IMG/VR virus record: IMGVR_UViG_3300021387_000106
Coordinates: 1 to 64,000 of that record
Reading direction: 5' to 3' (one strand)
Source: a virus
Taxonomy: Duplodnaviria; Caudoviricetes
DNA length: 64,000 nucleotides
Shown here: positions 48,834 to 57,824 of the stretch, piece by piece
How the letters are laid out: every line of letters starts with the position of its first letter
Numbering within the stretch: the first letter of the stretch is position 1
Program-made: the position numbers and the translations under genes
The notes under the pieces: model-generated
Seen by the model: only the letters and a program-made list of their open reading frames with translations
Told to the model about the DNA's origin: nothing
Database searches by the model: none

Positions 48834-50035
48834 AATCGTTTCTTTTTAAATTGTTTATAAAAAATGAATTTATCTGTAAACTTCGTCAGATCTTGATTGA
48901 ACACTCCTATTTTCAAAATATCTTTCTTTAGGAATAGTTTCCTGCAAAGATTGTATGATTTGGTGTGTTGGAATATACCTAAATACGAATTGATGGAACG
49001 GACAATCTTCCAAGGTTTTGAGAAATCGAACTCCAAAATCTTTTTCTTCATTCTCTCCAGTGAATGATTCGATATGTATGTTCGCCAAGGCTTGATGTAC
49101 GCTCCCAAGAACTCTGTTCCGTTGTGTACCTCCGAAATCTCCAATTTTCCTCTGTGCAATTCCAATCCTAAGTTTTCTCGAAGGAAATCTATTATTTTTG
49201 GAACTAAGCTCAGAAGCCATTCTTTGTCGGAACTCACTACTGCCGCATCGTCCACATAACGACCATAATAACGGCATTTCATTTCTCGCTTCATGAACTG
49301 GTCGAAAACATTCAGGTAAACGTTCGAGAATAACTGACTTGTCAAATTGCCTATTGGTAATCCAAGACCATCTTCCAAGTGCAGCATACTCTTTGCAGGG
49401 TCTAAACCATCCCAATCGGACTTGTCGCCACAAATGACACAATTCTCCTTGGGATTCAGCATAACGATAACTTCCGTAAGCCATATTACAAAGTCCATAT
49501 CCAAAACTTCGCCCCACGTAGTATCTTCGTATTTCGATATAGCGTGAGTTTCCATTTTTCTCAAACTTCCAATAGCTATTTCCAAAAGCCGTTTCCTCAC
49601 GATGTGCATAAAGTAGCCCCTTATATCGAGGTGCATCACATAGCACTCTCTTTGCCAGTTGTGACTTTCCTTTCTGCAAAAATCCGTAATTCTCGCTATT
49701 CCATAATGAGTACCACGATTCTTGATGCAACTGTACGTGTCCTGAATAAAAGTCCTCTCGTATAGCTGATGCGTATAGTTGAAATACAAGTGGTGTACTA
49801 TTCTGTCTCTGAACATTGCAGCGAATATCTCTCGCTTTTTGGGATAATCCACAATGAAACATTTCGATGGAAGAGGTTTGTAATTCCGCGAATACAAATC
49901 CTCGCAAAGTCCTTCCATATTCCGTTTGAGATTCTTTTCCCAAGAGACTACATAACACCTCGCACTCTTGTTTATTTTCGCATCGTAGAACGCTTGATAG
50001 AGGTCGAGTAGAAGCTGTTGCTTTGTAAGTTCCAT
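48830..50035 (-). CDS. DGR reverse transcriptase
   Basis: PKKREIFAAMFRDRIVHH, RGTHYG, LDIRGYF, GLPIGNLTSQLFSNVYL, YGRYVDD, FLG. Confidence 0.96.
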   Translation of the reverse strand: MELTKQQLLLDLYQAFYDAKINKSARCYVVSWEKNLKRNMEGLCEDLYSRNYKPLPSKCFIVDYPKKREIFAAMFRDRIVHHLYFNYTHQLYERTFIQDTYSCIKNRGTHYGIARITDFCRKESHNWQRECYVMHLDIRGYFMHIVRKRLLEIAIGSLRKMETHAISKYEDTTWGEVLDMDFVIWLTEVIVMLNPKENCVICGDKSDWDGLDPAKSMLHLEDGLGLPIGNLTSQLFSNVYLNVFDQFMKREMKCRYYGRYVDDAAVVSSDKEWLLSLVPKIIDFLRENLGLELHRGKLEISEVHNGTEFLGAYIKPWRTYISNHSLERMKKKILEFDFSKPWKIVRSINSYLGIFQHTKSYNLCRKLFLKKDILKIGVFNQDLTKFTDKFIFYKQFKKKRL

Positions 50036-50072
50036 AAAAGAAAAGTAAAAAAAGGATGATTAGTACTGTTAG

Positions 50073-50259
50073 CTGAACCGGGCGCACAGCAAAACCGTTG
50101 TACCGATTGTTGTTGTTCTGCGGATTGACACCACCAGAGTTGAAGTTCAAGTTGCGAGCATTGCGCGCAGAGTTGAACGAAGCAGACCAGTAGTTGCCGT
50201 TCGAACCGCGATTGTTCCAACTCGTACCATTGCCGTTGCCACTACAAGCAAAAAAGAGT
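50073..50259 (-). repeat. DGR template repeat (TR)
   Basis: 187 bp; AAC/AAT-rich; matches 51113-51299 with 17 mismatches, all at TR adenines on the coding strand. Confidence 0.96.
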
Positions 50260-50411
50260 TTTCGACCACAACCTTGCACGATAGCCAAAAGGGACCAAAG
50301 GAACCATTCGGCATCTTTGATTTTTCCCGACTCTAAAAGAGTAAGGACGTGTAGCCTATGTAAATCATACTGAACCATCCTTCATTAATTACTATTTTTT
50401 CTAATAATCTG

Positions 50412-50972
50412 TTAGAACAAAGCAATCAAACGCTTGCGAACATCACGCAAAGTATCTAACGCATCCTTGGGCGACAGCTCATCAATAGGCAACGCTATGA
50501 TGTATCTGTAAATATCCGATATGCGCATAAACTGAGGAACTTGCTGCTGAATTTCTCGTTCTTCACGTTTCTTTTTCTTGCTCTCGATAATAGGAAGTGA
50601 TTCTTTCCATTCCTCTTTCATGGCGATTAGTTCTTCAAGAGACTTCTCGTAGAAATCTGAGGGCATTGGAATAATCACGTCAACACGATTGTCATCAACT
50701 GGCAGGAACGTTACGCTACCATCATTGGGGATATACTTCTCAATTGACTTTGCAGGGAATCCCACAAATGCGTCAATTGTTTCATCTTTCATTTTCTTGG
50801 CGATAACCTTCAAAGGATTATTAACCGACTCACCAAATGGATATTTGCTCATTAACCATGCGCTCCAGTCGTGAGCGTGATAGAAGTTACCTTCCTTAAC
50901 GAAGTGAATAATGTTCCACTGAGATTGTTCCTGCCTGGAACTCTCCAAATTTATGATTTCAGATAAATTCAT
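50412..50972 (-). CDS. DGR accessory protein, MutS-N-like (MSL type)
   Basis: IIHFVKEGNFYHAHDWSA...VGFP resembles MutS domain I; lies between target gene and TR. Confidence 0.7.
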   Translation of the reverse strand: MNLSEIINLESSRQEQSQWNIIHFVKEGNFYHAHDWSAWLMSKYPFGESVNNPLKVIAKKMKDETIDAFVGFPAKSIEKYIPNDGSVTFLPVDDNRVDVIIPMPSDFYEKSLEELIAMKEEWKESLPIIESKKKKREEREIQQQVPQFMRISDIYRYIIALPIDELSPKDALDTLRDVRKRLIALF

Positions 50973-51011
50973 CCTTATCTTTGTTTTTATTATTTTTATT
51001 TTATTTATTAA

Positions 51012-51080
51012 CCAATTCCATTACGGAGGTGGTCTTAGGCCGCTTGGTGCGGCCTTTGTCCGACCACTCCGAATGGATTG
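51012..51080. other. Stem-loop downstream of VR (candidate DGR target-recognition hairpin)
   Basis: aggccgc-ttggt-gcggcct (51037-51055) inside an imperfect ccattacggaggtggtc/gaccactccgaatgg stem. Confidence 0.65.
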
Positions 51081-51109
51081 GGTTGTTGTTCTGATTGGCT
51101 CAGTATGAT

Positions 51110-52213
51110 TTACTGAACCGGGCGCACAGCAAAACCGTCGTACCGACGGTCGTAGTACTGCGGATTGACACCACCAGAGTAGAAGACCAAGTTGCGAGCA
51201 TTGCGCGCAGAGTAGAACGAAGCAGACCAGTAGACGCCGTACGAACCGCGACTGCCCCAACTCGTACCATTGCCGTAGCCACTACAAGCAAAAAAGAGTA
51301 AGTTACCATTAATCTTCGACTTCAAGTAGATACCAACAACACCATTCACGGTTACACGCTTGTCAGTAGTACCAGCAGCGATTACCGTAGTGCCATCAGC
51401 CTGAACGAAGTCGCAATTATCGAACAACTCTTTAAATTCTTCCGTAGTAGGCATTCGCCAAGGTGCGCCAAGATTAGCGCGTGCAGCATCCTGAGAGGGA
51501 GCCATGTTAGCGGTCAACTTGTTACCTGGTGTGTCACCATAAACTTGTCCGTCATACCAAGGCTCTTCTGCATTAACACCACCCCAATTGTAATCGAATG
51601 AAGAGGTATCTTTCGGATTGTGTCCGTCAGTGTTACCCCAAGAGAAGAATGTTTTCTCGTACTGGAAGGCACTGGCAGCGAACTTGTCAGCCTGAGTGAG
51701 GTCAATATCAGAATCAGCCCAAAGCAAGCCACTTGGCAGACCCATATCTACAAGGTGGTTAGTTGGAGTTTGGCTCTGTTCGAGACCCAACATTCCTACC
51801 ATATTCCAAGCAGAACCATCATACTGGAATTGTACGATAGTCTGAGCCTTGATAAGACCAGGCTGAACAGCTTGACCGTTTACCTTAATGGATTTTGCGC
51901 CAGTGCTATTCACGTTAAGCGTTGCTCCTGCTGCCTGATTAGCATACTTGAAGAATACGCTCACGATACCATTCTTTAGCAGAACGAAGTTGGAAATAGC
52001 GACAGTCTTTGCAATCGTTGTTGCGGCTGTTTCGCAATTACCATATCCGTTACCAGACTTCGCCATATCCTGAACCAACTGCTGTGCAGGGTATTTACCC
52101 GCAGGAGTTCCGTCAGGATTGTACAGCATGACCTCCTGAGTTGCACCAGGTGCAGCCTGAGTGAGACCCGATTGAACCGCTTTCAAAGCGTTAATCATAG
52201 AAATACTTTCCAT
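51110..52213 (-). CDS. DGR target protein: putative receptor-binding tail fibre with C-terminal CLec-like domain
   Basis: VDMGLPSGLLWA, WRMPT.EE..EL, G.YWSAS, GFAVRPV; carries VR. Confidence 0.88.
   Translation of the reverse strand: MESISMINALKAVQSGLTQAAPGATQEVMLYNPDGTPAGKYPAQQLVQDMAKSGNGYGNCETAATTIAKTVAISNFVLLKNGIVSVFFKYANQAAGATLNVNSTGAKSIKVNGQAVQPGLIKAQTIVQFQYDGSAWNMVGMLGLEQSQTPTNHLVDMGLPSGLLWADSDIDLTQADKFAASAFQYEKTFFSWGNTDGHNPKDTSSFDYNWGGVNAEEPWYDGQVYGDTPGNKLTANMAPSQDAARANLGAPWRMPTTEEFKELFDNCDFVQADGTTVIAAGTTDKRVTVNGVVGIYLKSKINGNLLFFACSGYGNGTSWGSRGSYGVYWSASFYSARNARNLVFYSGGVNPQYYDRRYDGFAVRPVQ
51113..51299 (-). repeat. DGR variable repeat (VR)
   Basis: 3' end of the target gene; adenine-specific differences from TR. 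Confidence 0.96.
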
Positions 52214-52252
52214 AAATACTTATTTTTAATTAATAAAAAAACAATTTCCTTT

Positions 52253-52777
52253 TTAACCCTGAGTGACAACGTTCTTTGGCATCAGTTTGACTAATGCTTT
52301 AAACATATCATCTACGGTATAGTTGACACCATTGAAGGCGTAAGTATCAGTGGGCTTAACGGCATTAGTGGCATTGCTACGTATTGTAGCAAGGTCATTA
52401 ATAGCATCCTGCTTTGCAGAGAGAGCAGTATTAATGCTATTAACCCAATACTCAATAGATGCGTCCGTAAATATCTCCCAATCGGTATTAGCTGCACCAT
52501 TTGACACTACAAACGCTATCTTTCCGTTTACGGTATGGTAAACGAAAGCACCACTCACAATCACCATCGTACACGGCAGATTACTCGTTGCCTTTGTAGA
52601 GCGATACAACACACCGTTAATACCTACGACAGCGTTCTTGACAAACGTACTCGACGGTGTAAGCGAGTTGACATTTACAGGGTGCAGCATTTCATCAGAG
52701 AGTAAACTTTCCTTAAATTCAAGAAGTTCGCGCGCTCTGATAATTCTATTTGGGTTTGTAAGTTCAATTTCTGCCAT
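52253..52777 (-). CDS. Tail-fibre-associated protein
   Basis: KQDAINDLATIRS motif; N-terminus shared with the 52868 ORF. Confidence 0.6.
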   Translation of the reverse strand: MAEIELTNPNRIIRARELLEFKESLLSDEMLHPVNVNSLTPSSTFVKNAVVGINGVLYRSTKATSNLPCTMVIVSGAFVYHTVNGKIAFVVSNGAANTDWEIFTDASIEYWVNSINTALSAKQDAINDLATIRSNATNAVKPTDTYAFNGVNYTVDDMFKALVKLMPKNVVTQG

Positions 52778-52867
52778 AATCTCTTACTTTCTTTTAATTG
52801 TTCAACATAATCAGTTTCTTGTGTAAGGTGCGAGGGATATTGCACCCTCACACCTTAGAGAAAAAGA

Positions 52868-53539
52868 TTAATCAGAGGGGAACATTTCGGCAATGTCCTC
52901 AGAGGTGGCATAAATCACACCATCCAGCTTCTCTTTGTCAGCAGCAGAAAGCAGACCTGCCTGACCGCCAACGCCAGATGCGGAAGGAGTCGCGCTTTGC
53001 ACGGTCTTCTTGTGCGGAGTGATGACACCCTGCGCGTTCTGGCTGATGCTGTCGATGAAGGTCAGACCGCTACCATCGGCTGAAGGATCAGAAACGGCAC
53101 TCTGAACGGTCTTGTAGCCACTCAGGTCAATCTTAACCGAGTAAGCGTTGAACTTGTAAACGGTAGTACCATCGTTGTCAACGGCAACGATACCAACGTC
53201 AGTACCAGCCTTAACCGTCTCACCTGCACCATCTACCCAATCAGAAGTAGTGGTAGCATCGGTAGTCAGGTTGTAAACCTTACCGAGGTTAGCTTCAACA
53301 AGCAGAGCCGAAGTCAGCTCATCAGCAGTCTTGTTACCACCGGGCTTGTAAACAGCCGAAATCTCAGTACCAATCTTAGTGAGCAACTCTGCGAGAGCAC
53401 CCTCTACGGTTGATGCGTTAAGACCCTGAATTGTTGCAATAGCCTTGCTCTGGAGAATAGCCTCCAAGTAGCCTTTGAACTCCAAGAGTTCGTTCGCGCG
53501 AATAATGCGCTGCGGATTTGTCAGATTAATGTCTGCCAT
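52868..53539 (-). CDS. Tail-fibre-associated protein
   Basis: TVEGALAEL, IDLSGY, AGLLSAADKEKLDG motifs typical of fibre proteins. Confidence 0.65.
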   Translation of the reverse strand: MADINLTNPQRIIRANELLEFKGYLEAILQSKAIATIQGLNASTVEGALAELLTKIGTEISAVYKPGGNKTADELTSALLVEANLGKVYNLTTDATTTSDWVDGAGETVKAGTDVGIVAVDNDGTTVYKFNAYSVKIDLSGYKTVQSAVSDPSADGSGLTFIDSISQNAQGVITPHKKTVQSATPSASGVGGQAGLLSAADKEKLDGVIYATSEDIAEMFPSD

Positions 53540-53604
53540 AATACCTAAGTTTTTTAATTTAACAATAAAGTGAACTATACTGAGTGTGTATTGCTACACG
53601 TTAC

Positions 53605-53853
53605 TCATTCTGTTTTAGGAAACATTTCCTGAATGTCCGATGACGAAGCAAAGGTGTCAGGATTCATGTCATCGATTTCGATAGTACCATCCTTGATAGC
53701 ATCAGAATCAATGCTATCATGTGCAGGTATTCCGCCATTGGGGAACTCGAAAATCTTACCCCAAATTTCGAGGCTCAAAAGATGGAGTTTTCCATCCCTT
53801 TCCTCAAAGTGGTATTTTACACCACCATTGATGTAGATTTTTTCTTTAGCCAT
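53605..53853 (-). CDS. Small structural protein
   Basis: DSIDSDAIKDGTI repeat-like segment; in the tail operon. Confidence 0.55.
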   Translation of the reverse strand: MAKEKIYINGGVKYHFEERDGKLHLLSLEIWGKIFEFPNGGIPAHDSIDSDAIKDGTIEIDDMNPDTFASSSDIQEMFPKTE

Positions 53854-53882
53854 AATTTTTATTTTTTTATTGTTCTACAATT

Positions 53883-56800
53883 TTAGTTTACAGGTTCAGC
53901 ATAATCAATAACCTTCCAATAGATAATTTCCTTTCCATCGTTATCATCTGCTTTCAAACAACACTCCAATTCAACACAATTTCCGTTATGTAGTGTTCCG
54001 CTTGTAGTTGACCCATCAGAATTGTATCTTAGTGTCATTGGTATGTTTTGACCAGATTTGTTGTATATCAACAAGGTCGTTCCAACAAAGGAACGAATAT
54101 CATCAATTTGCTTTGAAGTATATCTTGAAGCCAAATATGCTGACATTAGCGGCAAAGTCAAATATCCATAAGTACCAGTAGAAAGTTCGATGAAACTACC
54201 ACATTTATCAAAATCCAATACGGTAGCACCGGCTATATCGTCACGTTTGTACTGGCTGATATTTGATGTGGTGATAATGGTCTTTTTCTTGCGAATGAAA
54301 CCATTGATAAAACAATCTTTCTGATACGATCTTCCCGTCAGCAGGTCAACTGCAAAGTTTGGTGCAAAACCAAATTCAGTAGCCACTATATTCGACACCT
54401 TGCTACTTCCATTTTCAGAACTACTTGACGTTGTATGTTCAACTCTCAGATAGTAAGTGCCACTCTCCATAACCGTGAAAGTGAGAGTTTTTTCAGTTTC
54501 AGTAAAAGAATCCCATACCAATGAAGCAGCGAATATGTATTCCCATACTCCAGTTGTTGCATTTACCTTGAGCTGATAGAGTTTTAAGTAAACCTTATTA
54601 GTCGAATAGTCGTTGCGATAACCCTTCGCTTTAATAACCAAGTCACGACCCTGCGTAAGTGTCATGCTACCAAAATATCCAGAATCAGCAACATTGTATG
54701 CAAGTGTCTTCGTTACGTCATTAACCTTTATGATTCCGTTTCCCAATGGGTCATTACCATTGAAAGCCATATAAGCAGCAACACCTCCATGAGTGTTACT
54801 ATCATTATAAACCGTTCCGTTAATCGTACCTTTTGCAGAGAAAAGCCAATCTCCGCTAACCACACCTGAACCTAACTTTGCAAAATCAGCAAATAGATAC
54901 TTCGTGCGAAGAAGGTTATAGCGATTCAGCCCTTCCTCCCAATAATCAGTGTCAGAGGGACCGTGATGCACACCGTCGCCATCAACATTAGTGGAAGTCT
55001 TTAGAACATATAGTTTGGTTTCGGTAGAACCTGCAACTGGAACTTCAACAGCAACGGTCTGGGTGTCGTTACTACGATAGATAAATGCCGGATCATATTC
55101 TCCTGCTATATAGCACATCTTTCCAGTATCACCCTTGATACTTTGTCCGTTTATACCATATATTTCTATCTGAATACTCTCACGGGCAACCTCAACACCA
55201 CCGACTCGTAATACAGCAAGGAAGATTTCTTCTTCACTCCACCCTTGATTGTTATACAGCGTAGTAGAGAATGTTCCTGCATTTGAACCAGTTCCAACAC
55301 TAAATTCTCCAGTATTGAAGTTATATACGTCACCATCCTTTTCAATATAGTACAAATCAAGCATGGATGAAGTAAGAGAGGTAAAAACAGTTGTATTACC
55401 GCCCTCTACCTTATATACTTTCCCCTTGATGTTGACGTGCATCTTACCGCCTGAGTAGTTTGGATCGTTGGCAAACACGCTTCCTGCAAGGGAAATTTTA
55501 TAGGTTACAGCATCGTCACCTTTCGCACCATCGTGAGTATGGCTAATGCAAGTACCAGTTATAGAACTTGCGCTAACACTCGTACATTTATATGTTGCAG
55601 TATGCGTAAGCAAAGAATCACTTGCTTTACCAGTAACTACAAAATAATCACCGACACGACACGTAGTTAGGTCGCTATCTCCAGTACGTTTTGAATAACT
55701 CTCAGAATGACCTAATTCAGCATAAGTATTCCAGTTTGCTTCTGTGTATAGATTGTTTCGAGTCAAAGTTAATGCAATGCTATAACCAATATCGCCAGTA
55801 GCACCATTCTGTACACTACCTATTCCTTCTCTATCAAGCAAATTACCATCCTTGCGTAACACCCAATCTATCACACCATCGTAATTGCTATAAAGAGTGA
55901 TTATGTCGTGATAATTGATTTCCGAATCTGCATTACCCATATACGACTGAGTAACTTCCTGCTCAGAGTTGTTTCCTTTTTTATAGAACAATTTAAGTCC
56001 TTCTGTAAAGAATCCCAAAACAGTATTTATCTCAGTTTCGGTATTTCCGACTCGCTTAATAACTTTAAAAGTTATATAGTCTGATAGAGGTGTTCCACTA
56101 TTATCCTTTGTTACTACGTCTGTTGATGGTAATAAACTATACAATGTTACTGGATCACCATTTGCTCCTGCACGTACTCCGTTTAGGATGAAGTGTAATG
56201 TTTGGTCGCCACTGCCAGTACCAGCGATAATGATTGTAATATCGTTGGTTTCTGCAAGAGACTTGTTGTTTTCTACACGAATCCGAATTGTCTTTGCACT
56301 CGAATTAGGAGTAACCTTAATGTTGTTGATTGTTTGTTCGGTGGTTTGTTCAGTGCCATTATTGACCTTGTATGACAACTTTGTTAAGTCCATTGGCGAA
56401 GAGCCGTGCCACAACTTTAGATTGATAGTCTTGTCATAAGCACTCGAAGTGTTTCCGTCATGCGTACACGCAACACTATCTATTTCGTTATCCAAGTCGG
56501 CAAAGTAAGGACTCGTACCATCAGTACCATCAGTAATAAGACCGATAGTTTCCCTATCTACGACAACATTATTAACACGAAGGATAAAAACAACATTACT
56601 CGTAACCTGATTAACCTTAATACTTGTTGCCGTGTAATCAGTTTCACTACCACCATTAAGGCTGTATTTCAGAGAATACTCAGAAGCAGCAGGAGTACTT
56701 TGCGTACCACCAACATTCTTCGTTACGTCACAAGTAATATAAGTGTTGCCAGTAGGAACGTAGGTATTATCTTTCTTCTTTACGATTTCCTTAATACTTG

Positions 56801-57806
56801 GTACTAAGCGATACAAAGCGGCATGGTCGCCATTGAGGGAAGCACGTACACCATTGACCTTGAAATAAAGGTTACGAGTAATTGTCTCACCATCAACAGT
56901 AGCAGTAAGCGTAATACAGAACGTGGTGACATTTGCTAAAGTTGGAGTAGTCGAGAACTTAACCTTAATATTACCAGTAGTATTATTCCAAGTAATCGTT
57001 ATTCCACCTTTGGCAGTTCCATTGGTATATGCAGCACCAGACGGACTATCATCACGAACTGATATAGTTGGTGTTAGCTTAGTAGAACCATGATAGAGAG
57101 AAACATTTGTTTCAACAGTTTGGTCACTCGAAGGTTTTCCGTCATGCGTACACGCAACACTATCTATTTCGTTATCCAAGTCGGCAAAGTAAGGAGAAAT
57201 GCCATCCTCCAAGAGCTTCGTTGCAGGGTCGCTCCACTCCGACGCATTGATAACGTCAGTATTGCCGTTGCTGACAGCCATTGCCTGACGTACCCAACAA
57301 GGATAATGATTATTGTCAGTAGCAGGAATTTGCGTACTCCAACCATTCAAAGTGCCTGAAAGCGTACCAGCCTCAGTACTACCTACTTTCTTGAAATAAT
57401 AGGTAGCACCATCGGCAGGCTTATCAGTCGGCTGCGTCTTATTGCGCTTGTAGATGAATACTGGAGCAGAATTTACACCGTCAGCAACATACTCCACTGG
57501 AGTACTCCAATCAGATGCAGCAATATCATCAGTGTCAGACTGACTACGAGCAATAGCCATGATAACATACAACTTTGTTCCTGCAACCGTCTCAGGGATA
57601 GACTGACTCCAACCATTATAATAAGACGACGCACCCGAAACCCTACCAGTACTGAAAGTATATGTTAGAGTACCAGTAGGGCGGTCATTATTTGTCAAAG
57701 CAGTAGCCGAACGACGATAAAGGGCAACTTGGGCTGTGTTATAACCGTTATCGCCATTATTACCGTCGATAACACCTTCAAATACAATGCCTCCTGATGC
57801 TTTCAT
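53883..57806 (-). CDS. Large tail fibre/minor tail protein with repeated beta-rich modules
   Basis: 1307 aa, T/S/G-rich; duplicated PYFADLDNEIDSVACTHDG; short Gxx linkers. Confidence 0.75.
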   Translation of the reverse strand: MKASGGIVFEGVIDGNNGDNGYNTAQVALYRRSATALTNNDRPTGTLTYTFSTGRVSGASSYYNGWSQSIPETVAGTKLYVIMAIARSQSDTDDIAASDWSTPVEYVADGVNSAPVFIYKRNKTQPTDKPADGATYYFKKVGSTEAGTLSGTLNGWSTQIPATDNNHYPCWVRQAMAVSNGNTDVINASEWSDPATKLLEDGISPYFADLDNEIDSVACTHDGKPSSDQTVETNVSLYHGSTKLTPTISVRDDSPSGAAYTNGTAKGGITITWNNTTGNIKVKFSTTPTLANVTTFCITLTATVDGETITRNLYFKVNGVRASLNGDHAALYRLVPSIKEIVKKKDNTYVPTGNTYITCDVTKNVGGTQSTPAASEYSLKYSLNGGSETDYTATSIKVNQVTSNVVFILRVNNVVVDRETIGLITDGTDGTSPYFADLDNEIDSVACTHDGNTSSAYDKTINLKLWHGSSPMDLTKLSYKVNNGTEQTTEQTINNIKVTPNSSAKTIRIRVENNKSLAETNDITIIIAGTGSGDQTLHFILNGVRAGANGDPVTLYSLLPSTDVVTKDNSGTPLSDYITFKVIKRVGNTETEINTVLGFFTEGLKLFYKKGNNSEQEVTQSYMGNADSEINYHDIITLYSNYDGVIDWVLRKDGNLLDREGIGSVQNGATGDIGYSIALTLTRNNLYTEANWNTYAELGHSESYSKRTGDSDLTTCRVGDYFVVTGKASDSLLTHTATYKCTSVSASSITGTCISHTHDGAKGDDAVTYKISLAGSVFANDPNYSGGKMHVNIKGKVYKVEGGNTTVFTSLTSSMLDLYYIEKDGDVYNFNTGEFSVGTGSNAGTFSTTLYNNQGWSEEEIFLAVLRVGGVEVARESIQIEIYGINGQSIKGDTGKMCYIAGEYDPAFIYRSNDTQTVAVEVPVAGSTETKLYVLKTSTNVDGDGVHHGPSDTDYWEEGLNRYNLLRTKYLFADFAKLGSGVVSGDWLFSAKGTINGTVYNDSNTHGGVAAYMAFNGNDPLGNGIIKVNDVTKTLAYNVADSGYFGSMTLTQGRDLVIKAKGYRNDYSTNKVYLKLYQLKVNATTGVWEYIFAASLVWDSFTETEKTLTFTVMESGTYYLRVEHTTSSSSENGSSKVSNIVATEFGFAPNFAVDLLTGRSYQKDCFINGFIRKKKTIITTSNISQYKRDDIAGATVLDFDKCGSFIELSTGTYGYLTLPLMSAYLASRYTSKQIDDIRSFVGTTLLIYNKSGQNIPMTLRYNSDGSTTSGTLHNGNCVELECCLKADDNDGKEIIYWKVIDYAEPVN
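56452..57195. repeat. Exact 60-bp direct repeat (56452-56511 and 57136-57195)
   Basis: tttccgtcatgcgtacacgcaacactatctatttcgttatccaagtcggcaaagtaagga twice, 684 bp apart. Confidence 0.9.
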
Positions 57807-57824
57807 GTATGTTTCTTTAATTGA

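Noticed and set aside
48830-50035. Group II intron or retron RT
   Set aside because: The adjacent TR/VR pair with adenine-only mismatches and the GLPIGNLTSQ/YVDD motifs identify a DGR; no maturase or endonuclease domain is seen.
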